Assembly: GCA_965206315.1 (NCBI GenBank)
Contig: OZ242210.1
Coordinates: forward strand, 1,630,724-1,694,723
From: Dehalococcoidia bacterium
GTDB taxonomy: Bacteria > Chloroflexota > Dehalococcoidia > Lucifugimonadales > Australimonadaceae
Reading direction: 5' to 3'
Length of the DNA: 64,000 nucleotides
Positions 48,073-57,762 of this stretch are shown here, piece by piece. Both the position numbers and the translations under genes were made by a program. Numbering within the stretch: the first letter of the stretch is position 1; each line of letters starts with the position of its first letter. The notes beneath the pieces were generated by a model, which saw only the letters and a program-made list of their open reading frames with translations, was not told where the DNA came from and searched no databases.

Positions 48073-50103
48073 TTAAGCCCTGGCCAGCTCCTGAGACTCC
48101 TCCACGATCTTCGGAGTCAGGTGCGCCGGAACCTCGCCGTAATGGTTGAACTGCATGGAGAGGGTCCCGCGTCCCTGTGTGAGTGCGCGCAGGTGGGTGG
48201 AGTACTGCTGCGCCTCCGATTGAGGCACCTCGGCCTCGATGTATGCGACGCCGCTCACCGGGGTCATGCCCGATATGTGCGCGCGCCGTGTATTCAGATC
48301 ACTGACCACCGCGCCGGCGAACTGCTCCGGCGTCTCGATGGCCATTCGCATCACCGGCTCGAGCAACGTGGGGGAGGCTTCGACGACTCCCTTCTTCATC
48401 GCCATGCTGCCGGCTATCTCGAAACTCTGGCCGGACGAGTCCACGGAGTGCGAACTCCCGTCCGTGAGGACGACTTTCACGTCCACGATGGGGAAGCCCG
48501 CGAGAGCGCCCTCCTCCATCGTCTTGTGTATGCCCTTCTCTACGGCGGGGATGTACTCGCGCGGCACGTTCCCACCGACGACCTCGGAGGCGAACTCGAA
48601 GCCTTCGCCCCTGCCGCGGGGCTCCAGCCGGAGCAACACGTGCCCGTACTGGCCGTGGCCGCCCGTCTGCTTCTTGTGCTTGTATTCGACGTTTGTTATC
48701 CGGGAGATGGTCTCGCGGTACGCCACGCGCGGCGCCGCGAGCTCCAGCTCGACGCCGAACTTCCGCTTCGCGCGCTCCGCCATCACTTCCACGTGCGTGT
48801 TGCCCTGGCCTGCGATCACCAGTTCCGCCGTTGCCTGATCGCGGTTCAGCACCAGCGACGGGTCTTCTTCCGTAAGCCGCGCAAGCGACGAGGAGAGCTT
48901 CTCCAGGTCGGCCTTGCTCTTTGGGTGCACGGCGATGCGGAAGACGGGCTCCGGATACTCCACGCGCGGCAGCGATACGGGGTCCGCCTTGGAGGTGAGC
49001 GTGTCGCCGGTGACGGCATGCGCCAGTTTGGAGACGCTGCCGATGTCGCCGGCGGCGAGACTCGCGACGCTCTCCTGCTTCTTGCCCACGGGAACGAACA
49101 CCTGCCCGATGCGTTCGGTCTCGCCCGATCCGCTGTCGAATACCTCGCTGTTCGCGGAGAGCGTGCCGCTCATCACCCGGAAGAACGAGAGCTTGCCGAC
49201 GAACGGGTCGGCGGTCGTCTTGAAGATGAAGGCTGCGAGCGGGCCGTTCGCGTCGGCGGTCAGTTCCACCTCCGCGCCGCCCTTCGTGCCCTTCACGGCC
49301 GGTACGTCGGCAGGGGAGGGGATGTAGCTCACGATGGCGTCCATCAGCTCTCCGATACCCACTTCGGTGGTGGAAGAGCCGGCCAGCACGGGGACGGTCT
49401 GCCCTGTCCGGACGCCGATGCTCAGGCCCTGGGCTATCTCCTCGTCGCTGAGCTCACCTTCGTCCAGGAACTTCATCGTGAGGTCGTCGTCGGTCTCGGC
49501 TACAGCCTCACCGAGCTGGTCCTTCGCCATTGCGATGGCGTCTTCCATCCCGGCGGGTGCGCTGCCCGAGACGCAACTGGCGACGCCGCTGAAAGAGGAC
49601 TCCGCGCCGATGGGGAGGTTGATGGGCGCGCACCGGCTCCCGAACCGTGAGCGGACCTGGGCCATCGTGGCCTCGTAGTCGGCATGCTCGCGGTCCATCT
49701 TGTTGACGAAGACGATGGTGGGGATGCCCAGTTCGCGGACGCGCTGCCACGCGATCTCCGAGCCGACTTCCACGCCGCTGGGGGCGGAGAGGACGATCAC
49801 CGCGGCGTCGGCGGCGCGTAGCGCGGAGACGGTCTCGCCCAGGAAGTCCGCGTAGCCGGGGGTGTCGATCACGTTGATCTTCACGCCCTTCCAGACGCAC
49901 GGGAGCACTGCAAGCTGCAGGCTGGTCTGCCTGCGATGCTCTTCAGGCTCGAAGTCGGAGGCGGTGTTGCCGTCCTCGACACGCCCGGGGCGGTTGATGG
50001 CCTGGGTCGCGTGGAGCATCGCTTCGGCGAGCGACGTCTTGCCGGCGCCTGAGTGCGCCAGGAGTACTACGTTGCGGATCTGCTGCGTCGTGAATTGGTC
50101 CAC
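48073..50103 (-). CDS. fusA: Elongation factor G paralog (EF-G2/FusA2)
   Basis: GTG start MDQFTTQQIRNV; AHSGAGKTS, DTPGYADF, NKMD, KKQTGGHGQYG, HSVDSS; not in the str operon. Confidence 0.92.
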   Translation of the reverse strand: MDQFTTQQIRNVVLLAHSGAGKTSLAEAMLHATQAINRPGRVEDGNTASDFEPEEHRRQTSLQLAVLPCVWKGVKINVIDTPGYADFLGETVSALRAADAAVIVLSAPSGVEVGSEIAWQRVRELGIPTIVFVNKMDREHADYEATMAQVRSRFGSRCAPINLPIGAESSFSGVASCVSGSAPAGMEDAIAMAKDQLGEAVAETDDDLTMKFLDEGELSDEEIAQGLSIGVRTGQTVPVLAGSSTTEVGIGELMDAIVSYIPSPADVPAVKGTKGGAEVELTADANGPLAAFIFKTTADPFVGKLSFFRVMSGTLSANSEVFDSGSGETERIGQVFVPVGKKQESVASLAAGDIGSVSKLAHAVTGDTLTSKADPVSLPRVEYPEPVFRIAVHPKSKADLEKLSSSLARLTEEDPSLVLNRDQATAELVIAGQGNTHVEVMAERAKRKFGVELELAAPRVAYRETISRITNVEYKHKKQTGGHGQYGHVLLRLEPRGRGEGFEFASEVVGGNVPREYIPAVEKGIHKTMEEGALAGFPIVDVKVVLTDGSSHSVDSSGQSFEIAGSMAMKKGVVEASPTLLEPVMRMAIETPEQFAGAVVSDLNTRRAHISGMTPVSGVAYIEAEVPQSEAQQYSTHLRALTQGRGTLSMQFNHYGEVPAHLTPKIVEESQELARA

Positions 50104-50226
50104 GATAGGCGCCTCCCCTATAACGCCGGAGTGGGTTGTGCAGCGCATAATAGTTATCAGGCCATGAACGTGCAATGCACAAACGGCAGAGTGCAGGGAA
50201 CCGCGAGGCGGGGTTGAGGCGGGCTG

Positions 50227-51492
50227 ATGCGTGCACTGACAGATAACCTTACGCTCGGTCTGTGGGCGTTGGCGGCCATGCTTCTGATCGCCGCGGGCAT
50301 AGGACGCGGCGATTCCGTCGAGCAGCTGCACCGCACCTCCGCTCCTTATGAGCAGGACATCCTGCGTTGGGAGATAGTCCACTTCCCGGACAAGTGGTTC
50401 AACCTGGCCGTGGGCGTCTTCGGCAGGCCGGACGCGGAGGAACGGCTGGAGCGGACGCAGGAGTTCTTCCGTGTGAGCGGGGAGCTGCACGCGAAGCGGC
50501 GGGAGATCGAGCGCGTCCTCGCGGAGGGGGCGCCGGATGCCGAGGTCGCGGCTCTGGAGGCGGAGAGAGAACGGCTGGAGCGCCGCCGCGCGGAACTGTC
50601 CCCGCTGGTGGAAGAGACGTTGGAAGGTGCGATATCGCAGAGCGCCGACGATCTGGGCGTCATCGCACGCTTCGGTCCGGTGCGCTGGCCTCCTGTGGAC
50701 TTCGCGTTCCAGGAGGGCGGCCACGTGCTGGTGCGCTCGCCGCGCGACGCCATCGTCCGGCTGGACGACCGTCTGCTCACTTCCGACATCAGCCTGCCGG
50801 AGCAGGACGAGTTGGAGCGGAAGGTGGAGTCGCTCGACGACAACATCTCGGCGATCGTCGCCCGCATCGGCGGGGTGGCGACGTACCCGGCACAGGTGAC
50901 GCCGGACACCTCGCTCAGAGGCGCTCTCTCGGTCGCCAGCCACGAGTGGATGCACCACTGGCTCATCTTCCGCCCGCTGGGGCGCGCCTGGTTCGCGGGC
51001 GGCGAGCTCACGAGCGTGAACGAGACCGTGTCCAATATCGCGGCGGAGGAGTTGAGCGACCGCGCGCTGTACCTGCTGACCGGCGAGGTCGTGATGCGCG
51101 AGCCATGGCAGCCGCCGAAGGTCGGCGAGCCCAGACCCACGCCGGAGCCCGGCGTGTTTGACTTCAGGCACGAGATGCGGCAGACGCGCACGCACTTGGA
51201 GGAGCTGCTGGAGGAAGGGAAGGTCGCGGAGGCGGAGGCGTACATGGAGGAGCGGCGGCTCCGGTTCGTGGAGCAGGGCCACAACATCCGCAAGCTGAAC
51301 ACGGCGTGGTTCGCGTTCCACGGCACGTATGCGGACAGCGGAGCGGTGTCGTACGAGAACCCCATCGAGGCGCAATTGCGTACGATACGCGCCGGTTCCA
51401 GCGGCCTCGCTGAGTTCCTCAACCGTGTTGCGGTCATTGACGAGGACGGCGAGTTGGAGCGCCTCGCGCGGGAGGCGGGCTGGCGTCCGTAG
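50227..51492 (+). CDS. Secreted/membrane-anchored putative gluzincin metallopeptidase
   Basis: N-terminal hydrophobic segment; HEWMH followed about 20 aa later by NET; KLNTAWF. Confidence 0.65.
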   Translation: MRALTDNLTLGLWALAAMLLIAAGIGRGDSVEQLHRTSAPYEQDILRWEIVHFPDKWFNLAVGVFGRPDAEERLERTQEFFRVSGELHAKRREIERVLAEGAPDAEVAALEAERERLERRRAELSPLVEETLEGAISQSADDLGVIARFGPVRWPPVDFAFQEGGHVLVRSPRDAIVRLDDRLLTSDISLPEQDELERKVESLDDNISAIVARIGGVATYPAQVTPDTSLRGALSVASHEWMHHWLIFRPLGRAWFAGGELTSVNETVSNIAAEELSDRALYLLTGEVVMREPWQPPKVGEPRPTPEPGVFDFRHEMRQTRTHLEELLEEGKVAEAEAYMEERRLRFVEQGHNIRKLNTAWFAFHGTYADSGAVSYENPIEAQLRTIRAGSSGLAEFLNRVAVIDEDGELERLAREAGWRP

Positions 51493-51541
51493 GGGCGTCG
51501 CGCGCTGCTAGAATCCTGCCATCCCTTGTCGCGAGGCTGCT

Positions 51542-54130
51542 TTGCTCCCGATAAGCCTCTCACTCTCCAACTTCCTCTCCTACCGCGACGCCGCCCCCAC
51601 GCTCCACTTGGAGGGCATCCGCGTTGCGTGCCTCTGCGGGCCGAACGGCAACGGCAAGTCCGCGCTGCTGGACGCCGTCACGTGGGCGCTCTGGGGGAAG
51701 GCGCGCGGCCAGCGGCACGAGCAGCTCCTGCACCACGGCCAGACCGAGATGCGGGTCGAGCTGGTGTTCGACGTCGGCAGCGAGCGCTACCGGGTCTCCC
51801 GTCGCTACTCCCAGGCGAGGCGCAACGCCCAGAGTTCGTTGGAGTTGGCGGTCCAAACTGCTAGCGGAGAGTTCACCACGGCGGGGACAGAGGGCACCGG
51901 AGACACCATCCGGGAGACCCAGGCGAGGATCGAACGCCTCATCAACATGGACTACGGGACATTCGTCAACAGCGCGTTCCTCGTGCAGGGACGCGCCGAC
52001 GAGTTCACGATGGCCACTCCCGGCGAGCGCAAGGAAGTGCTCTCCAAGGTGCTCGGCCTCGGGCGGTACGACGAACTCTCGGAGCGCGCTCGTCTCCGGG
52101 GACGCGACGCACGGGCGAAGCTCGACGCCACCGCGCTCAACATCGACCGCCTGCGCGAGCGTGCCGCGAAGGCCGGCGAGACGCGCGCGGCGCTGACCGA
52201 AGCCGAACGTGAGCTCGCCGAGGCGGTAACGTACGTGAACGGCCTCACGGAGCGACTGCAGCTCCTCCGCGACAAGGTCGCGCACCTCGAACGGCGGCAG
52301 GCGGAGCGGGACGAGCAGGACGCCGCAGCGCAACGCGCGCGCCAGAGGCAGGCCGGCGAGGAGGCGGAAGCTGCGACCCTCAACCAGCGCCTGGTCGGCT
52401 GGCAGCGCACCATCGAGCGCGCGGGCGAGATCGAGCAGGGGGTCGCCGCGTTGCAGGGCGCGCGTGAACATGCGCGGTCGCTGGCTGAGGCAGCACAGCA
52501 GGCGTACGCACTCCGGACGCAACTCGCGCCGTTGGAGAACGCGATAGGCCAGGCCCGCGCACGGCTGGAGAGCGACGTCCAGTCGCAGCGGCAACACGTC
52601 GACACCCAGCTCACGCCGAGGGCGGAGTCGCTGCCGTCGCTCCAGCGTGCGCAGGACGAGTTGACCGAGCGTCAGGCGGCGATGGAGAGCCGCCGGAACG
52701 ACGCGGCGCAGGCTGAGGAGTCGCGGCGGCAACTCGAACTCGAGGTGCAGACGCTCCGTCTGGACAACGAGCAGGTGGAACAGAATGGCAGAGAGCTGAG
52801 GAGCAAACTCAACGTGCTCGACCACGAGCACGCGGACGGCACAACTTGCCCGCTCTGTAGCACTCAGTTGGGACCGGACGGCGTCGCGCGCATTCGCACA
52901 GCCTACGAGAGCGAGATAGAGGGGCTGCTTCAGCGTCACAAGATGCAGAAGCAGCGTGCGGAGGAGCTGGAGCGGCAGGCAGGCGAGGCCGCGGCAGGCG
53001 CGGAGCGCGCGCAGCGCGAACTGGCCGCCGAGCAGCAGCGTATCGCCGGGGAGCAGAGCCGTCTGAACGTGCAGCGGGAGGAGGCGGAGCGGGCCGTGGA
53101 GCAGTTGAAGCAGGCCGTGCCTCTGCTCCGGCAGAATGAGGCCGCGCTTGCGAACGGGGCGTACGCGCAGGATGAGCAGGCGGCGGCGAAAGGGTTGCGG
53201 GAACGGCTTGCCGTGCTCTTGTTCGACCCGGCTGCGCTCAATGCTGCCGAGGCGCAGGTGCAGGAGCTCGTTCACTGGGAAGAGGAGCGGCTGGCGCTCG
53301 CCACGGCGCGCGAACGGATGGATGACGACACTGCGGCCCTCGAGCGTGCCCGCGCCCGGGCGACGGAGGCGGCGAATGACGCTGCCCGCGCCGAGCAGGC
53401 GAGCGCTGCGATAGCGGAGGAGCTGGCGGAACTGCCGTCGTGGAAGGCGCAGCGCGGGCAGGTCGAGGAGGAGTTGCGTGTTGCGTCGGCGGCGCGCGAC
53501 AGTCTCCAGGCCCGCAAGGGCTCGCTGGAGAACGAGATGCTGCAGATCGAACAGGCCGCCGCCGACCTTGCGCGCGCCGAGACCCAGCGGGAAACGCTCA
53601 TCGGCGAAGCGAGCGCCTACGCGGAGCTGGCGCTCGCGTTCGGCAAGGGCGGCGTGCAGGCGCTCCTGATGGAGGCCGCCATTCCGCGCCTGGAGGACGA
53701 GGCGAACGACCTGCTGCGCCGGATGACGGACGGCAGGATGACGCTGAAGCTGGAGACGCAGAAGGAGCGCAGGAGCGGCGGTGACGTGGTCGAGACGCTC
53801 GAGATCGTCATCGCGGACGAGCTCGGCTCCCGCGCCTACGAGATGTTCAGCGGCGGCGAGCGCTTCCGCATCGACTTCGCCGTGCGCATCGCGCTCAGCA
53901 AGGTGCTCGCGTGGCGTTCCGGAGCGCCGCTGCCCACGCTCTTCATCGACGAGGGGTTCGGCACGCAGGACGCCGAAGGGCGCGACCGCATCCTGGAGGT
54001 CATACAGGCCATCGAGGACCGGTTCGAGCGCATCCTCGTCATCACGCACATGGACGACGTCAAGGAGGCGTTCCCGGTGCGCATCGAGGTCACGCGCGGC
54101 CCGAACGGCTCGACGTTCTCGCTCTCCTGA
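51542..54130 (+). CDS. sbcC: SbcC/Rad50-like SMC ATPase
   Basis: GPNGNGKS, FLVQG, coiled coil with CPLC zinc hook, FSGGE, FIDEGFGTQD, VITH. Confidence 0.92.
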   Translation: MLPISLSLSNFLSYRDAAPTLHLEGIRVACLCGPNGNGKSALLDAVTWALWGKARGQRHEQLLHHGQTEMRVELVFDVGSERYRVSRRYSQARRNAQSSLELAVQTASGEFTTAGTEGTGDTIRETQARIERLINMDYGTFVNSAFLVQGRADEFTMATPGERKEVLSKVLGLGRYDELSERARLRGRDARAKLDATALNIDRLRERAAKAGETRAALTEAERELAEAVTYVNGLTERLQLLRDKVAHLERRQAERDEQDAAAQRARQRQAGEEAEAATLNQRLVGWQRTIERAGEIEQGVAALQGAREHARSLAEAAQQAYALRTQLAPLENAIGQARARLESDVQSQRQHVDTQLTPRAESLPSLQRAQDELTERQAAMESRRNDAAQAEESRRQLELEVQTLRLDNEQVEQNGRELRSKLNVLDHEHADGTTCPLCSTQLGPDGVARIRTAYESEIEGLLQRHKMQKQRAEELERQAGEAAAGAERAQRELAAEQQRIAGEQSRLNVQREEAERAVEQLKQAVPLLRQNEAALANGAYAQDEQAAAKGLRERLAVLLFDPAALNAAEAQVQELVHWEEERLALATARERMDDDTAALERARARATEAANDAARAEQASAAIAEELAELPSWKAQRGQVEEELRVASAARDSLQARKGSLENEMLQIEQAAADLARAETQRETLIGEASAYAELALAFGKGGVQALLMEAAIPRLEDEANDLLRRMTDGRMTLKLETQKERRSGGDVVETLEIVIADELGSRAYEMFSGGERFRIDFAVRIALSKVLAWRSGAPLPTLFIDEGFGTQDAEGRDRILEVIQAIEDRFERILVITHMDDVKEAFPVRIEVTRGPNGSTFSLS

Positions 54131-54213
54131 CGCGCCGAAGGCGCGCCGTCTCGTGTAGCATCGCCTCGCCGACGTTCGTCGGCACACACGTCTCACTGAC
54201 AGGAGGACTGCCC

Positions 54214-54624
54214 ATGACGCTGCACCAGGCGGAGGAGAGCAAGGCGCGGGGACGCGCGGTACGGAAGGCGATCAGCGGCTCGGAGGGCTCGCGCAGCACC
54301 GGCAACGCCGCCGGGCTGGACATGGTCCCCGGGCTGGAGGACTTCGTCATCGGCTTCAACTTCGGCGAGATATGGTCGCGGGAGCGCATCGACCTCAGGA
54401 CGCGCTGCATGATCGTGCTCGGCATGATGACGGCGCTGGGGCGCACGCCGCAGGTCGGGGCGTACACCCGCTATGCGCTGCACCTCGGCATCACGCCGGA
54501 GGAGATAGCGGAGGTCTTCCTGCAGGCGATCCCGTACGCCGGTCTGCCCGCCGCGTTCAACGCCATGCAGGCCGCCAGCGACGTCTTCAAGGAGCAGGGC
54601 GTCACCGTCAACATGGAGGCGTAG
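54214..54624 (+). CDS. Carboxymuconolactone decarboxylase family protein
   Basis: FGEIWSR...DLRTRCMI...EIAEVFLQAIPYAGLPAA; AGGAGG SD. Confidence 0.85.
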   Translation: MTLHQAEESKARGRAVRKAISGSEGSRSTGNAAGLDMVPGLEDFVIGFNFGEIWSRERIDLRTRCMIVLGMMTALGRTPQVGAYTRYALHLGITPEEIAEVFLQAIPYAGLPAAFNAMQAASDVFKEQGVTVNMEA

Positions 54625-54631
54625 CCGCGGC

Positions 54632-55276
54632 ATGACCACCGATTCCCGCTGGAACCAGAGCGCGATGGTGGAGCGGATGTCGTCGGACTTCGGACGCCGC
54701 TACCCGCTCGCGTTCTGGGAATTCTTCGAGTCCCGGGTGCGCCCGCGCACCGGCGACGCTCCCGCCGTAGCCGATCTCGGCTGTGGGGCCGGGCTGCTGC
54801 TGCAGGAGCTGTCGTCGCGCCTGCCGGACGCCACGCTGTGCGGTGTGGACGTATCCGAGGCGATGCTCGCGAACGCAAAAGGGCTCGATTACGCAGGCGT
54901 TGCGCCGTCGTTCACGCTGCACGATCTGAGCCACGCGCCGTATCCCGTGGAGGACGCGTCGCTCGACCTCTGCATCTCCGCCAACGTGACCTGCTTCCTC
55001 GACAACCCCTTCGTGTTGTTCGCCGAGGTGCGCCGGATGCTCCGGCCCGGCGGGGTCTACCTGCTGTTCGACTGGAAGCGGCAGGCGCTTCCGGCTTACA
55101 TCGAGGGCCGCGGCGGGTTCGGCGACGATCCGGCGGCGCTGATGGGCCTGCAGCCGTTCCACAACCGCTTTACGACGGACGAGTGGCGGTGGCTGCTGGC
55201 GGAGGGCGGGTTCGACCTCGTCGGCGAGGCGCATCCCCGCACCAGCCACGTCGCCCTCGCGGGAGTGCCGCGATGA
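54632..55276 (+). CDS. Class I SAM-dependent methyltransferase
   Basis: ADLGCGAG, GVDVSEAML, RMLRPGG. Confidence 0.88.
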   Translation: MTTDSRWNQSAMVERMSSDFGRRYPLAFWEFFESRVRPRTGDAPAVADLGCGAGLLLQELSSRLPDATLCGVDVSEAMLANAKGLDYAGVAPSFTLHDLSHAPYPVEDASLDLCISANVTCFLDNPFVLFAEVRRMLRPGGVYLLFDWKRQALPAYIEGRGGFGDDPAALMGLQPFHNRFTTDEWRWLLAEGGFDLVGEAHPRTSHVALAGVPR

Positions 55277-55926
55277 CGCAACGGGACGACCGCGCCCTGC
55301 GCCGCCAGATCGAGCGCTACACGGTGCGCTTCAACGACGGCTTCTGGCGCTTCTGGGACGAGCAGGTCGCGCCCAGGCTCCCTGCCGCGCCGGTGATCGT
55401 GGACGTGGGGCCGGGGCCCGGCCTCTTCCTGCGCGACCTCTCCGAGCGGCTGCCGGGCGCGACGCTCCACGGTGTCGACTCCAACGAGGCGATGGTCGAG
55501 AACGCACGAACGCTCGACTACGCCGGGCCGGTGCCGTCGCTCGTGCTGGCGAACGTGGAGAGCGCGCCGCTGCCCTACGACGACGGGTCGGTCGACCTGC
55601 TGACGATAGCGGCGGTGCTCCATACGTTCGACGACCCGTTCACGTTCCTGCGGGAGCAGGCCGCGCGGGTGCTGAAGCCGGACGGCCGCATCATGCTGTT
55701 CGACTGGTTCCGGGAGCCGATGCGGGACTACATCGCGCGCCGCCTCGTCGAGCCGGGCGACCCGGAGGAGTTGCGGTACGAGCGGGCGCTGGAGCAGTTC
55801 CGCATCCACAACAAGTACACGCTGGACGACTGGCGCTGGGTGTTCGCGGAGTCGGGACTGCGCGTCGAGGCGGAGACATCCGAGCCGCACCCGTCCGCGC
55901 GCCTCTGGCTGCTGCGCCCTGAGTAG
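55273..55926 (+). CDS. Class I SAM-dependent methyltransferase (tandem paralog)
   Basis: ATGA overlap; VDVGPGPG, GVDSNEAM, RVLKPDG. Confidence 0.88.
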   Translation: MTQRDDRALRRQIERYTVRFNDGFWRFWDEQVAPRLPAAPVIVDVGPGPGLFLRDLSERLPGATLHGVDSNEAMVENARTLDYAGPVPSLVLANVESAPLPYDDGSVDLLTIAAVLHTFDDPFTFLREQAARVLKPDGRIMLFDWFREPMRDYIARRLVEPGDPEELRYERALEQFRIHNKYTLDDWRWVFAESGLRVEAETSEPHPSARLWLLRPE

Positions 55927-55931
55927 CCTGC

Positions 55932-56558
55932 CTACTCCTGCCCCAGCCGGGCGCGGAGTTCCTCTAGGCGCCTCAGACACTTGTCGAGGCTAGGGGTGGT
56001 GGCTCTTGCCGCAGTGGGGTTCCACACATAGACGATGAAATGTTCCAAGAAAGCGTTGTAGTCAGGGCCGACCTGCGCTGTCGACCCGGCATTCGGCACG
56101 AGCGCCTCCTGTACTTGGCGACTGCGCGAGTGCCTAGCTAAGTTGACGAGGGTGCGTTTAGGATCAGGTTCCTCCTCCGGTAGCCTAGGCACACGGCTCA
56201 TCGAGACATGGAGCAGTTTGGCTACTCCCTCGCGGTCGGCGAGGAGCCAACTCTCGATCTCGCGTACTACCACGCGGAACAACATGTTGGCGTGTCGGTC
56301 GGGCAGCCATTCACCAACGAGAGAGGCGGGGCAGTCAGGGCGTGGACGGACATCCATGAAGTCCACGAGTGCGAGGTGCGGGACTACTGCGGCGGCCTTG
56401 TTGAGCGCGCGAATGCGGCTTTGCACATAGGACCAGCCCTGCTTTCCGAATACCTCGTCTACGAAGAATCCGCATTCCAGAGCAACTCGCCGGGCTACGG
56501 CTTCTTCCAAGTTGCCCTCCGCGAGTATGCGGAGCGGATGGGGTGTGAACAGGGTCAT
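55932..56558 (-). CDS. DUF4276-like/TOPRIM-fold putative nuclease
   Basis: ILAEG, LVDFMD, CP, VREIESWLLAD, DPK motifs; translationally coupled to the ATPase. Confidence 0.75.
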   Translation of the reverse strand: MTLFTPHPLRILAEGNLEEAVARRVALECGFFVDEVFGKQGWSYVQSRIRALNKAAAVVPHLALVDFMDVRPRPDCPASLVGEWLPDRHANMLFRVVVREIESWLLADREGVAKLLHVSMSRVPRLPEEEPDPKRTLVNLARHSRSRQVQEALVPNAGSTAQVGPDYNAFLEHFIVYVWNPTAARATTPSLDKCLRRLEELRARLGQE

Positions 56559-57700
56559 GCAAAGATGAACTGGCCTGACGCGAGCGGAGCTGCTTTGGGA
56601 AGGAGTACGTCCGCAACGGTCATGCCCTCTCCCAGCAACACCTTGTCGGCCTCTTCGAGAGGAGCGAGTTGCGTCCCCTCTTTGTCTGGCCGAAGCACTA
56701 GGACTTCGTCGGCCCCTATACCGGGGTCATCCAGCATTTCGCGGGAGTAGGTGGAGGTGATGACTTGGCGAGGACGCTTGCGTGCCCTTGCTGCCGCCCG
56801 GAACATCGCAGGAATCTTCTGAACGATTTCAGGGTGCAGGGATAGTTCCGGTTCCTCAAGCAGCAGTGGGCCGTCACCCTCAAAGGCAGACCAGAGCAGC
56901 CCCAGCAGCCTCAACGTCCCGTCCGAGAAATGCGCTTCATTCTGCTTCGCAGCCTGAGGCCGCCAGTTCATGAAGGACCCCACTAAGTGAGGCACTCCGT
57001 TGTTATCCATCTCAGGGTCGAGCTCGGCGAGTTGCGGAATCGCTGCCTTCAGAGCCGCAGTGATGTTCTTCAGACGTGCCCTGCGAGTGTTCTTCGGCGT
57101 GTTGTAGACACGCAAGAGAAAGTCTCGCCCGAAGGGATCGTTCACGACCGCCCCGCCACCAGAAGAGAAACTCTGCGGGTCACGCACGACTTGAGGCACG
57201 AGGTGCTGGTAGGAGACCGACTGGAAGAACTCCGCAACGGGACGGAAATCCCTATTTGCAGAAACCTGTTCGAGGGCAGTTTGTATCAGGCGGGCATCGT
57301 CTGCTATGTCTTCAGGCGTCGGGCGACTGATGACCAATTCCCCATCAGCATTGCGCACGATCTCGGACGCAACCTTCGGTCGGCGGTTATTGTCCTGCCG
57401 TATCCGGAGTGCGTAAAGCCACTGGCACTTGCCGCTGTCGTCGGCGATTTCGACCTCAAACTCAATGTCAGGGCGCTGGCGTGCGTAGAGGCAACGCACA
57501 AGGGACAGCCCCCCACGGCTGTTCACTGCGGTACTTAGTCCCCCACCAGGCGCCGCAATATCCCGGAGGAAGCGAACGGCATCCAGCAGGTTGGACTTGC
57601 CCACCGCGTTGGGGCCGATGACAAATACTCGTGGACGGAGATCTGCTCTGAAGTCTCTGAAGTTTCGCCAGTTCTGTAGGTGAAGCTTGCTGATGTACAT
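56555..57700 (-). CDS. AAA_21/OLD-type ABC ATPase
   Basis: MYISKLHLQNWRNF, GPNAVGKSN, FSDGTLR, LLLEEPELSLHP, QVITSTYS. Confidence 0.9.
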   Translation of the reverse strand: MYISKLHLQNWRNFRDFRADLRPRVFVIGPNAVGKSNLLDAVRFLRDIAAPGGGLSTAVNSRGGLSLVRCLYARQRPDIEFEVEIADDSGKCQWLYALRIRQDNNRRPKVASEIVRNADGELVISRPTPEDIADDARLIQTALEQVSANRDFRPVAEFFQSVSYQHLVPQVVRDPQSFSSGGGAVVNDPFGRDFLLRVYNTPKNTRRARLKNITAALKAAIPQLAELDPEMDNNGVPHLVGSFMNWRPQAAKQNEAHFSDGTLRLLGLLWSAFEGDGPLLLEEPELSLHPEIVQKIPAMFRAAARARKRPRQVITSTYSREMLDDPGIGADEVLVLRPDKEGTQLAPLEEADKVLLGEGMTVADVLLPKAAPLASGQFIFA

Positions 57701-57762
57701 AGTGCACTTGCCCACATCGCGGGACGTGTCCCTATTGTAGACGCTCTTATCTTTGCCGCGGG

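Noticed and set aside
50104-51375. Apparent ~420-aa N-terminal extension of EF-G (1100-aa ORF)
   Set aside because: The extension is antisense to the HExxH gene; EF-G similarity starts at GTG 50103, which has an SD.
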